Virus record (IMG/VR): IMGVR_UViG_3300032053_004772
Coordinates: 1-64,000 of that record
Source of the DNA: a virus
Direction: 5' to 3' (one strand)
Length of the DNA: 64,000 nucleotides
This document shows positions 28,140-37,552 of the stretch, piece after piece. The number at the start of each line of letters is the position of its first letter. Position 1 is the stretch's first letter. A program made the position numbers and the translations under genes. The notes beneath the pieces are model-generated. The model searched no databases. It was not told the DNA's origin and was given only the letters and a program-made list of their open reading frames with translations.

Positions 28140-31100
28140 GTGTCGTTCTTCGTTCCTACTACCATAGAGTTTGATGCCGCGACAAGAGATCGAACCTCCG
28201 TTCGATGGCTCAAAGTCTTTGTTGATACCGACGGTGACGGCGATCTTGAAGACATTACGAGTTATCTAGACTTATCAAAGGGTGGTGTTTCCGGAGGTGG
28301 CACAACTGACGAAGATCGAGGTATAGCGACAAAGTCTTATCAAGTACAGCTCCGAAATATCGATGAGACTCTTGTAGCAGGAGCGTGGGCTAACCGAAAG
28401 TGTGCCATCGAAGCAAAGGTCGGACTTACTGAGTACATTCGTTTTTTTACAGGGTATATTGATGAGTCCGGACTCTCTCGAGACAAGAGAAATCTTTCCT
28501 CTGACTTTTTCTCCTTCCGAGCGTATGATCCCTCGAAGCGTTTGGGTATGCGTACTCAAACAAAGTCTGCTATTTATCTTAACTTCAAGATATGCGATAC
28601 TGTCTCTCCGTCTGCCTCACTCTTTCATGCTCTTGCTCTCGGACTAGGTCTCTCCGGTTCCGTGGATATAGAGACTGTTTCCGTCAATCATACTAAGGAC
28701 TATCTTCCTGTTAATAGAGGTGTAAATCTTTGGAAAGAACTTCAAGAACTTAACTCACAGTATATTGGTCATCTCGGGTTTCGCTATGATGGGAAGCTGA
28801 GATTTGTTTCTCGTCATCAGACTGGGTGGACTCCTCCGACATCAGAGTGGACCTTTCAAGGATACGGATCTGACTCCGAGTATAACATTCACTCGTATTC
28901 TGAAGCTAGAGAGTCTCTCATTTGCAACAGATGTAAGACAGAGTTCGATCTCTATCAAGCGGTCACCGTTAGCGGTGTTATTTACAAGAATACCGATAAC
29001 TGGGACTCGGTAAATCAGCGATGTCAAATCACGTTAGCTGCTGGAGCGTACTGGCCAGGACCTAACGCTGGTGATGTAGCTCGCTTACGATTTAAGGATC
29101 CTACTTCTGGAGAAGGATTTCCAGTAGGAGCGAGTATCATAACTCCTACGATCGGAGCTGATGGAGCGAGTACGGATATAGAGTCCTCAGGAGGACTTGC
29201 TACACTGATCAGTTTCAACGGTTCTCCTACTGATGCTACCCGACAGAATGCCGATAGTGCTGAGATCATTCTAAAGAATAACAACGGCGGATCTATTACG
29301 CTTCACAAACTTACGATTCGTGGAACAGCGTATCGAGTTCAGAAGAAACTGACTATCGAAGACGTGGACGCGACCGTTACAAATGAGTGGGATTACGTTG
29401 ATAAGGAGCTCCCTGGAAAGTACGCCGTCTCGGATACACAAGCGCACATGTCTACACTTCGTTGGATTGAGTTTGGGAAGATAGCTCGAGAGCGGTTCTC
29501 GATTATTACGGACTGGATTCCTCAAATTCAAGAGGGAGCGGTTGTCACTCTAAAACCGGATGTGTCAACTACTCTCTCATGTATCGTATCGAATTACTCG
29601 CATATGTGCAGTGGTCAGTACACGAGATGGCGAACGACTATTACTCTTCGTGAATTGGAGAGTTTTACTGTTACCGGTTCTCCGAATGTAATTGTAGACA
29701 CTTCAGGGAATGCTGCTCCTGAATCTCTATCGCAACTTCCTACCTTCACGGATTTGATTGAGGGCTTTGATGCTGGTGGAGGAACAACGACTCCGACAGC
29801 TCCTACGATTGCCGTTTGCAAAGGTGCATATCGCGCTATCAGCTTGAAATGGGATAAGCAGCTCAATCTCACGAACTTCGATCACTACGAGATTCAAGTG
29901 TCTGCCGATCAGGCGAGCTGGTATTCCCTCAAGTTCGACGGGACCGATTGGAAGGACACACTCGGAGCAGTGACTGCCTGGACTGCAGAGATTTTGATTC
30001 ACACCATGATTCCGAATGGTGGGACTGTCGATGTTCCAACAGCAGTTACACTTTACTACCGTGTACGACGAGCTATAAAAGTAGGAAGTCCTGGAAGTTG
30101 GAGTGCTAACGCTTCAGCGACGACGGTAGTTATTGGAACAGGCGATCTGGGTGCAGCGGCAGTCAATTTTCCGAAAATGGCAGGCGGGTATGGGTTGAAC
30201 ATGTTGCCCAACGGAGATTTCTCCGTCATGAACGACGCAGGAACCTGGCCGAAGGACTGGTCTCGGTATTACAGCAACGCGGGGTTCGCTGCTGATAGTT
30301 TTGGCGTTAATCTGTCCGCCGATTGGTCTTTGATGGGGAACGTGGACGCCTTCAATCGTCTGTATGCGAACACTCTCTGGTTGTCGCAAGGTGCTCCTCT
30401 CGGACTTCCAAACGACTTTGACGAGTATTACTTCCTGATGATGCCTGTTATTCCTGGTCATAGATATTGTTTGAGTGTCTACACCGGGGCACATCGGTGC
30501 AAGGTTGGAGTTGCTATTGAGTGGTTTAATGCTGCTTTTGGTGGTCTCGGTGCATCGTCTCTTGGTGATCCATTCAACGATGAGGCAGCTGCAGGTGGAA
30601 AGGTTCTCTCGGGATATAAGCGTATCTATACCTATGGCGATGCCCCTACTGGTGCTGCTTTCGGTCAGATTGCCATAAAAAAGTTTGACACTAAGCCTGG
30701 GCAGACCTCAAGTTACATGTTCCTCTGTCGTGCTGCCTTCGAGGAGATAGGGTCGAACGCCACCGTTCCCGGCCTCTGGATGCCTCCCCCGACTAACATC
30801 GTGACCGCAGGGATGATCTTAGCTGGTGCTGTGATCGCCGGTAAGATTGGAGCATTGGCAGTAGACACGGCTCAACTTGCAGCCTTGGCCGTGACTGCCG
30901 CCAAGATTGCAGCTAACACGATAACTGCTAACGAGATCGTTGCCGCTTTTCTCAGCGGTGCGTTCGCCAAGTTTACTGGTGAGCTTGCAGTAGGTCAGGA
31001 CTACACGGGCAGCCCACCTGCGGGTGCGCAACGTATCGTGATCGACGGCAACGAACTTAGACTCGACGAGTGGGATGGGTCCGCCTGGCAGGTGATCTTC

Positions 31101-33143
31101 CGCATAGGTGGAGATGATGCGCTCAAGTGGTACCTCCAGGCTCGCGGGTTGATCAAGACCGGAACTGATATTTCGGGGCTGGAGATTGGGGATGGAGCGC
31201 CGAGTGGCTCTCAGGTTTTCGACTTCGAGAACGACTACCAAGACAAAACTGGCGCGGACCCCTGGGATACGAAACTCGATCTGGCATTTTCTGTGTTGGA
31301 AAAGTTTGGGTCCTACGCATTGAGCGCATCGGCGGCTACAGGGCGATTGACTGATAACGTTGCGTTGGGAATCTCTGCTGTGGACTTTGGCCTTTCCTTT
31401 TGGCACTATAAGCCGGCACGAACTGAAGACCGAATATTATTCCAAGCAGTCAAAACGAGTAAGCAAATCGGTTCGGGTTTGCCCATCGCGGGGATAGGAA
31501 TGGCTGCTTTAGCAAGATTAAACGCTACTGATGTAGCCTTTATTGATTCTACCATAGAAGAGCTTCGGACCTATCATTGGAATGGTTCTGCCTGGTCGCT
31601 GCTTGGTACGGGTTTGTCAATTGCGGGGATATATCGTCCTGCTCTGACCGCACTAAACGCAACCGATGTCGCCTATATTGATAATACCTTAGATGAACTC
31701 AGAACGTATCGCTGGAACGAGTCTACATGGTCGATGCTCGGGTCCGGTTTATCGATTCCGACAGCCGGTTATCATGCCCTCACAAAGTTGAATGCTACCG
31801 ACATCGCCCTTTTCGATTCCGGCGCAGATGAGCTTCGTACTTATCGCTGGAGTGGATCATCCTGGTCGCTGATCGGTTCAGGCTTCTCGATCGTGGGGGC
31901 TGCAACCCCTGCTCTGACCGCACTAAACGCAACCGATGTCGCTTTCATCGATGAAGCTTTAGATGAACTCAGAACGTATCGCTGGAACGGGTCTACATGG
32001 TCATTGGAAGGTACAGGTTTGTCGATTTCTGCAACCGGAACCCCCTGTTTGGCCGGATTGAATGCGACGGATGTTGCTTATATCGATTCTTCTATAGAGC
32101 AACTTCGTACTTATCGCTGGAGTGGATCATCCTGGTCGCTGCTTGGTACGGGTTTGTCAATTGCGGGAATCGGGGTTCCCGCTCTGGCCGCTTTGAATAC
32201 GACTACTGTTGCTTTTATCGATGATATTTTGGATGAGCTTCGGACGTATTCTCTCGTTGGTATGGTGCTGTATGAAACTGCTACCGGCTACAAACTCATC
32301 GTTGATGGCACTGTCGAGCAGACGCGCAATGCCGCCGAGGCTCAGTGGCACCACGTGGGGCTCACCAGCCGGGACGTGGCCGGGCAGAAGAAATGGGGAT
32401 TGGCTGTCGATGCCTGGAGTGTCGAGACCAACATCGCTGCCTATCCGGTCGTGACCGGTTCTTGGTTGGACATCCTTTTAGATGCGAATACGCGAATTGA
32501 CGACTTGGCCGTACTTACTTCCTCTGCCTTGTTAAGCTTGGCAGAGATGTTATCTCACTATGCCATCGGGCAACCCTGGGTCGACGCCTCTACCGGGATC
32601 GATATGCTGTTGGACCTAATCCTCATGGCCAAGAGCGGTGGGAAGATCAAGTTGCTCAGCCCGACAGATGCCTCCGGCGGATTGGCTTGGCCGCTACTCT
32701 ACATCGAGGACCAGAAAGCATCGGGCACGAGCGGCGGTGATTCTGTTGCGGGTGCCTGGACTCAACGGGTTTTAAATACGGTTCTGCTAAACTCGATCAG
32801 TGGCGCGAGTCTTGCGTCAAATAGGATCACCCTGCCGGCCGGCACATACTTTGTGGAGGCATCTGCTCCTGTGCATCGGGGGGACAACCATAAATTGAAA
32901 TTGTATAATTACACCGATAGCACGGACATTCCCAATTTGATGGGGAGCAGCGAACAAGCTGCTGCGGCAGATAATTCCACGACAAGATCCTTCGTGAAGG
33001 GTGTTTTTACTTTAGCTACTCAAAAAACGGTAGAACTGCGACATCGCGTTGCGACAGCGGTTGCGACTTATGGGTTCGGTGTAGCGAGTAGTATGTCAGT
33101 GATCGAAGTGTACGCGCAAATCGAGATTAGGAAGATCGCATGA
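28140..33143 (+). CDS. large tail-tip / receptor-binding protein (hub, FN3-like, CBM-like, LamG-like and repeat domains)
   Basis: 1667 aa directly after tape measure; YYRVR FN3-like segment, N.LPNGDF, WHHV and IDDL LamG-like motifs. Confidence 0.75.
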   Translation: MSFFVPTTIEFDAATRDRTSVRWLKVFVDTDGDGDLEDITSYLDLSKGGVSGGGTTDEDRGIATKSYQVQLRNIDETLVAGAWANRKCAIEAKVGLTEYIRFFTGYIDESGLSRDKRNLSSDFFSFRAYDPSKRLGMRTQTKSAIYLNFKICDTVSPSASLFHALALGLGLSGSVDIETVSVNHTKDYLPVNRGVNLWKELQELNSQYIGHLGFRYDGKLRFVSRHQTGWTPPTSEWTFQGYGSDSEYNIHSYSEARESLICNRCKTEFDLYQAVTVSGVIYKNTDNWDSVNQRCQITLAAGAYWPGPNAGDVARLRFKDPTSGEGFPVGASIITPTIGADGASTDIESSGGLATLISFNGSPTDATRQNADSAEIILKNNNGGSITLHKLTIRGTAYRVQKKLTIEDVDATVTNEWDYVDKELPGKYAVSDTQAHMSTLRWIEFGKIARERFSIITDWIPQIQEGAVVTLKPDVSTTLSCIVSNYSHMCSGQYTRWRTTITLRELESFTVTGSPNVIVDTSGNAAPESLSQLPTFTDLIEGFDAGGGTTTPTAPTIAVCKGAYRAISLKWDKQLNLTNFDHYEIQVSADQASWYSLKFDGTDWKDTLGAVTAWTAEILIHTMIPNGGTVDVPTAVTLYYRVRRAIKVGSPGSWSANASATTVVIGTGDLGAAAVNFPKMAGGYGLNMLPNGDFSVMNDAGTWPKDWSRYYSNAGFAADSFGVNLSADWSLMGNVDAFNRLYANTLWLSQGAPLGLPNDFDEYYFLMMPVIPGHRYCLSVYTGAHRCKVGVAIEWFNAAFGGLGASSLGDPFNDEAAAGGKVLSGYKRIYTYGDAPTGAAFGQIAIKKFDTKPGQTSSYMFLCRAAFEEIGSNATVPGLWMPPPTNIVTAGMILAGAVIAGKIGALAVDTAQLAALAVTAAKIAANTITANEIVAAFLSGAFAKFTGELAVGQDYTGSPPAGAQRIVIDGNELRLDEWDGSAWQVIFRIGGDDALKWYLQARGLIKTGTDISGLEIGDGAPSGSQVFDFENDYQDKTGADPWDTKLDLAFSVLEKFGSYALSASAATGRLTDNVALGISAVDFGLSFWHYKPARTEDRILFQAVKTSKQIGSGLPIAGIGMAALARLNATDVAFIDSTIEELRTYHWNGSAWSLLGTGLSIAGIYRPALTALNATDVAYIDNTLDELRTYRWNESTWSMLGSGLSIPTAGYHALTKLNATDIALFDSGADELRTYRWSGSSWSLIGSGFSIVGAATPALTALNATDVAFIDEALDELRTYRWNGSTWSLEGTGLSISATGTPCLAGLNATDVAYIDSSIEQLRTYRWSGSSWSLLGTGLSIAGIGVPALAALNTTTVAFIDDILDELRTYSLVGMVLYETATGYKLIVDGTVEQTRNAAEAQWHHVGLTSRDVAGQKKWGLAVDAWSVETNIAAYPVVTGSWLDILLDANTRIDDLAVLTSSALLSLAEMLSHYAIGQPWVDASTGIDMLLDLILMAKSGGKIKLLSPTDASGGLAWPLLYIEDQKASGTSGGDSVAGAWTQRVLNTVLLNSISGASLASNRITLPAGTYFVEASAPVHRGDNHKLKLYNYTDSTDIPNLMGSSEQAAAADNSTTRSFVKGVFTLATQKTVELRHRVATAVATYGFGVASSMSVIEVYAQIEIRKIA
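31467..32260 (+). repeat. six tandem 135-bp (45-aa) repeats, probable beta-propeller blades
   Basis: unit GxGLSI...ALxxLNATDVAxID...ELRTYRWxGSxWS; LNAT codons recur every 135 nt from ~31520 to ~32195. Confidence 0.85.
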
Positions 33144-33231
33144 CGGACGCGACGCACAGAAACGGCAACATACGGTGGCTCATCGGACTTGGCTTCGCGG
33201 TCGCTCTTGAAAAGACAGGTTAGGAGTCAGC

Positions 33232-33627
33232 GTGGATGAGCTTGAAGAACGTGTGCTACGCCTCGAAATCTGGAAAGGCGAGAATGGAGCTCATGGTGCA
33301 GAAGATAGGATCTGTAGCATCGAGGGTAGACATGAAACCTGCATGATTGAACGACTGCCTGTCAGAGTGGATGAACTCGAGAAGACAGTTGGAAATCCGA
33401 CTCGGATCGTTAAGATCGTGAAGGAGGCTGGGTTTATGACCGAAGCAGATGCTACGAAGATCGCAAGTGCAGCCGTAGATAGTGCGTTCGACAGAATCAA
33501 GAACGAGAAGTTGACTGGAATCGAGCGGCTCAAAGCTGCAGCTCCGATTATAGTTGCAGCGTTTGCCCTGGCTGGTACAATAGCAGCACCGTTCATAGCT
33601 CGCGCTTTGTATATGCCAAAGCCGTAA
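33232..33627 (+). CDS. coiled-coil protein with C-terminal TM (lysis-cassette associated)
   Basis: AGGAG RBS; C-terminal hydrophobic helix. Confidence 0.55.
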   Translation: MDELEERVLRLEIWKGENGAHGAEDRICSIEGRHETCMIERLPVRVDELEKTVGNPTRIVKIVKEAGFMTEADATKIASAAVDSAFDRIKNEKLTGIERLKAAAPIIVAAFALAGTIAAPFIARALYMPKP

Positions 33628-33646
33628 ACCGTAAAAAGGAGAAATT

Positions 33647-33907
33647 ATGACTATCGATTGGATGCAGGTTCTGGTGAGTGTCGTCGTGGTAGTAGGTGTC
33701 TTACAGTGGCTTAAGACGTTCGTGAAAGCACCCTGGATATTGAGTATTGCATCCTTCCTACTATCGTTCGGAGTAGCCGCAGCGATAATGTATCTTCCTT
33801 CGTGGGTGAGATTGGGAATGCTTGTACTCGCTCTCGGACAGTTGGGGTATGAAAACATCATTCAACTGGTTCGTCGCAAACTAGACTCAGTAGGAGGTCC
33901 GAAATGA
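33647..33907 (+). CDS. probable holin
   Basis: 86 aa, 2-3 TM helices, basic C-tail. Confidence 0.65.
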   Translation: MTIDWMQVLVSVVVVVGVLQWLKTFVKAPWILSIASFLLSFGVAAAIMYLPSWVRLGMLVLALGQLGYENIIQLVRRKLDSVGGPK

Positions 33908-34416
33908 ACAGTGGTACGCTTGCGCTTTGGCGAGTCACAAAAGACTCCAAGTGGATGGCGAAAGCTATTGCCTTCTTTACAGGAAAGCCGTACAGTCACG
34001 CGGCAGTGATTCATGATAAGGATACCTATGAAGAAGATGTTCATGGAGCACAAAAGACTCAAGGTATCAAGCACGCTGATGAGTATTGGGAACCAGATGT
34101 TCCTCCGACACCCGAGGAGTCGATGCGCGGTCTCGTGTACTTGCAGGTGACAACGGGAATGGGAATTCGTCGACCGTGGCCATACAACTTTCTATTAACC
34201 GGTATCAAGGCGATCGTTTACCCGACACGCTGGTTCTGGAACTGGATCAGATGGGTTCCATTCTCTTCACAGTTCTACGGTGTCAACTGCTCAGTGTACT
34301 GTGATCTGTATTGGAAGTACGCGGGTCGTGATATCAAACCAAAGTGGATGGAGTATCTAAGTGCTCCGGGTGATCTCGCCGGGTTGCCCGGGTTCCATCT
34401 GGTACCGGGGGCATAA
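33904..34416 (+). CDS. permuted papain-like NlpC/P60 (YiiX/YebB-like) protein
   Basis: YSHAA ... NCS permuted His/Cys arrangement; final PGDL. Confidence 0.65.
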   Translation: MNSGTLALWRVTKDSKWMAKAIAFFTGKPYSHAAVIHDKDTYEEDVHGAQKTQGIKHADEYWEPDVPPTPEESMRGLVYLQVTTGMGIRRPWPYNFLLTGIKAIVYPTRWFWNWIRWVPFSSQFYGVNCSVYCDLYWKYAGRDIKPKWMEYLSAPGDLAGLPGFHLVPGA

Positions 34417-35015
34417 TGTGCAGGTCAAAGTTCGTTGGCTTCTTCTCTCAACTTTCATCGCGCTGTTGGCTGGTATCGGTCTTGGTGCTGGCCTTGTTGT
34501 TCGGTGCGTCGTTCGTCCACTCCGAGACTCTGCTGCCGCCGACGCCCGAAGAGCCGACGCTGAATCTACAGCTCGAAGAGCTCTTGAGTTTGCCCTTGCC
34601 GACACTGCTCGACGACTCGATGCTACTCGTGATCAGGTTGCGCGAGCGGAAACTACAGGCCGAGAACTTGCTGGAAAGCTTGAGAGAAGCAGGTGGGAAG
34701 CTGCCTTACTCAGTAGAGCTATCGCAGACCTTGGAGCAGCTCTTGAACGAAGCATCACCTCTGCTACAGAGCTTACAGACGGACTTGATGGAGATCTCCT
34801 CCTCGCTGAGCGGATTGCAAGTGGACTTCAGCAAGTTGTCGACGTCTATAACCGAGTACGTCGGTTTGATGCAGGATCAGGTCCGTGACCTGAAGAGTGA
34901 GCGTGATGCAGCAAAACTGCAAGCTCGAGTTTGGCGTCTCGGAGCCCTAGTGGGTGGAGGAGTCGCAGTGATAGGTGTTATAGTACTAGTTACCGTGCTA
35001 ATTGCACGAAAGTAG
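34416..35015 (+). CDS. signal/TM + coiled coil + C-terminal TM protein (spanin-like)
   Basis: TAATG coupling; hydrophobic N- and C-termini flanking heptad repeats. Confidence 0.6.
   Translation: MCRSKFVGFFSQLSSRCWLVSVLVLALLFGASFVHSETLLPPTPEEPTLNLQLEELLSLPLPTLLDDSMLLVIRLRERKLQAENLLESLREAGGKLPYSVELSQTLEQLLNEASPLLQSLQTDLMEISSSLSGLQVDFSKLSTSITEYVGLMQDQVRDLKSERDAAKLQARVWRLGALVGGGVAVIGVIVLVTVLIARK
34418..34888 (+). CDS. nested overlapping TM + coiled-coil protein (Rz/i-spanin-like)
   Basis: GTG 2 nt after the other ATG; WLLLSTFIALLAGIGLGAGLVV then Ala/Arg-rich coiled coil. Confidence 0.5.
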   Translation: MQVKVRWLLLSTFIALLAGIGLGAGLVVRCVVRPLRDSAAADARRADAESTARRALEFALADTARRLDATRDQVARAETTGRELAGKLERSRWEAALLSRAIADLGAALERSITSATELTDGLDGDLLLAERIASGLQQVVDVYNRVRRFDAGSGP

Positions 35016-35030
35016 ATTAGGAGGAAGACT

Positions 35031-35429
35031 ATGGCTTTCGTACTTGTTAACCGTGGAGAAGTTGCGGGTCTGAAGAGACTGATCAATCAGAGAACGCCAG
35101 ACGATTGCAAACTTCGTCTGTACTCGAATGACTTGACCCCGGTAGAGGGAACTTTGCTCTCCGGTGTCACAGAGTTGGTGCAAGGTGGATATGCTGCGAA
35201 GACGCTCACTGGAGCGAACTGGGCAGTAACGATGGTAGGGGCTACTGCTCGTGCCACCTACGCTCAGTACACGTGGAACCTGACTGGTGCGTGCACCTCG
35301 TACGGTTACTACTTGACCTGCTCTGGTGACGCAGTTCTGCTGCTCGCGGAGAGGTTCACGTCTGCACCGTTCGTTCTGCCGTCGGGTGGTGGTTCAATCA
35401 AAGTGACACCACTGATCGATATGGACTAA
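35031..35429 (+). CDS. minor tail/fibre-associated structural protein
   Basis: LRLYSND, GGY, YGYYL, AERF motifs common in small phage tail proteins; AGGAGG RBS. Confidence 0.65.
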   Translation: MAFVLVNRGEVAGLKRLINQRTPDDCKLRLYSNDLTPVEGTLLSGVTELVQGGYAAKTLTGANWAVTMVGATARATYAQYTWNLTGACTSYGYYLTCSGDAVLLLAERFTSAPFVLPSGGGSIKVTPLIDMD

Positions 35430-35598
35430 TCGGAGGGTACACATGAACACCGAGAGAGATACTCTGGAGAAGAGAGAAGCCCCGGAAGGGGCTCAGGAAG
35501 ACTCCTCGAAGACAGAGGTGAAGAAGAAGTCGGTCGTGATAGATCTACCTTGTCTAAGTGCCGGAGGCGTTCTTAAGCCTCTGAGAAGGCAGGAATAA

Positions 35599-36030
35599 AT
35601 GGCGAGTGGACTTTACAACATCTTCTTTTATCGACAAGCAATCGCACAAATGAACTTTCAGACTAACGATCTTTGTAAGGTTGCTCTAGTTGATGATACC
35701 TACGTTTTCGATAAGGATCACGATACCTGGGAAACAGGTTCAGATCCTTTCAATTCGGAGGTGGTTGGTGCCGGGTACGCTGCTGGCGGAGTGACTTTAG
35801 GTCAGGGTACTGTAACACAAGTAGATGCGAGCGATCTTGTAAAACTGGACGCACCGAACACCGTTTTTTCCGGTATCACAGTTACCGCGAGATTCGCAAT
35901 TGTGTATATCGTATCCGGTGTGTACCTAGTGTTCTGCTTCGATTTCGGTTCGAATCAGACAGTCTCTGACGGCGATCTTACTCTCAACTACAACGCTGCA
36001 GGAATTGTTACTCTTGCACAGGTAGCGTAA
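35599..36030 (+). CDS. minor tail/fibre-associated structural protein
   Basis: KVALV, EV.GAGYAAGG, DFG motifs. Confidence 0.65.
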   Translation: MASGLYNIFFYRQAIAQMNFQTNDLCKVALVDDTYVFDKDHDTWETGSDPFNSEVVGAGYAAGGVTLGQGTVTQVDASDLVKLDAPNTVFSGITVTARFAIVYIVSGVYLVFCFDFGSNQTVSDGDLTLNYNAAGIVTLAQVA

Positions 36031-36290
36031 GTAAAGAATCTTATCACAGTTGCTCAGGGAGACTTACAAACCCGGTGAAGAAGATCAAGAAACTGCTAAT
36101 CGACCTGTTGCGCATCATGTTTCGTGGAGTTCTACATAAGACCGCAGGTAAGAATGAAATGGTTATACCACATGACGCTGGCTCAGGCGTAGGGGAATCC
36201 GGTCTGATGACCGGAAAAATAAAGGGAGAATACTCGTATGAGCGAGGCAAATGCCATTGTCGATATTGCACTTGGTTGAGGAAGAAGTAG

Positions 36291-36608
36291 ATGGCTGAGA
36301 TTCTAGTATTCGCTCGGGATTCTACCCATCCCGATCCAAAAAAGGATAAGAACATAATGTATAAGCGAGGTGATCCCATTGTTGCAAAATCAGATGGACA
36401 TAAATGGGGAAAAATGGAATGTCTTCCTGATTTTGTCGTATTGAAAATTCCCGATATTCATGTGAAAGATGTGGAATCCTATTGCCATACAAAATATCAA
36501 GGAATGGAGATTATCTTGCGTCGGGAATATAAAATTGATTTAGATGATCTATTATTAGATACAAAAATTAAATCTAAAAATCTACAAAATATTTTTAGGA
36601 AAAAATAA
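36291..36608 (+). CDS. hypothetical protein (YKRGD...WG..E type)
   Basis: GAGG RBS; TAATG coupling to beta-helix gene. Confidence 0.6.
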   Translation: MAEILVFARDSTHPDPKKDKNIMYKRGDPIVAKSDGHKWGKMECLPDFVVLKIPDIHVKDVESYCHTKYQGMEIILRREYKIDLDDLLLDTKIKSKNLQNIFRKK

Positions 36609-37552
36609 TGGCTTCAGTTAGTATAATTGATACAGATGGCACTGGTGATTATACCACTATAAGTGCATGGATAGCAGCAAAAGCTGGTGTTTTATCTGGA
36701 GTCACCGAGGGCCAGTGTCGAGGTGCTGATCTTTTGACGGAAACTGCTCAAATAGATATAACTGGATTCTCTAGCAATAGTGCAGCTAATTATGTGAAAC
36801 TTACTGTATTGACAGGTTCTCGGCACAACGGAGTTCCCGGTGCTGGATTCAGAGTAACCGTATCTTCTGGAAACTATGTTTTGATTAACAGAGAGGCTTA
36901 TACAAGAGTTGAATATTTAGAATTGTATGGAGGTTTGGAAGGAGCTTTATATCCCGATGTGGGTGGAGCTACAAATGTACAAGTTAGTTATTGTTTGGCA
37001 AAAGGTGGAAATTCAGGAGTTTATTATTCTGAGGCTGCTGGTTCGGTGACTTTCATAAATTGTATTGCTTATGATGGTATACAAGGATTTGCTTTAATAG
37101 CTGCTGGAGCATGGACTCTTTATAATTGTACTACTGTAGATATCACCAATGTCGGTTATCGATTAAATGATGCTAGCGGCACAATGGTTGTTATGAATTG
37201 TATTGGGTATAACTCGACTAATTATGATTTTTTAGAAACCGCAGGAATGATGACGACAAGTTATTGTTTGAGCAAAGATGCTACAGCAGATGATAATGGA
37301 GCAACAGGAGCGCAAATTAATAAAACACTTACGTTCAATAATGCCGCGGCTAATGACTTCAGACTGGCATCTACCGACACAGATGCAATAAATAATGGTG
37401 TTGATACACCGAAGACTATATTCACTGACGATATTGATGGAACAGCTCGACCAGTTGGTGCATGGGATATTGGAGCGGATGAATATGCTGCGGCAGATAG
37501 TTCTGTGGTTCCTCAAGCAATGTCTTATTATAGGAGACTGCGGAGCGTGTAA
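36608..37552 (+). CDS. right-handed beta-helix (pectin lyase-like) protein
   Basis: GDYTTI.AW start, NC-x repeats, DFRL, DIDG..RP..WDIGADEY. Confidence 0.7.
   Translation: MASVSIIDTDGTGDYTTISAWIAAKAGVLSGVTEGQCRGADLLTETAQIDITGFSSNSAANYVKLTVLTGSRHNGVPGAGFRVTVSSGNYVLINREAYTRVEYLELYGGLEGALYPDVGGATNVQVSYCLAKGGNSGVYYSEAAGSVTFINCIAYDGIQGFALIAAGAWTLYNCTTVDITNVGYRLNDASGTMVVMNCIGYNSTNYDFLETAGMMTTSYCLSKDATADDNGATGAQINKTLTFNNAAANDFRLASTDTDAINNGVDTPKTIFTDDIDGTARPVGAWDIGADEYAAADSSVVPQAMSYYRRLRSV

Noticed and set aside
31467-32260. 135-bp repeats as CRISPR array or DGR
   Set aside because: They are in-frame coding repeats without repeat-spacer alternation.
33140-33223. 27-aa ORF coupled to the tail-tip stop
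   Set aside because: Too short to support; may be a remnant left by a fibre-module swap.
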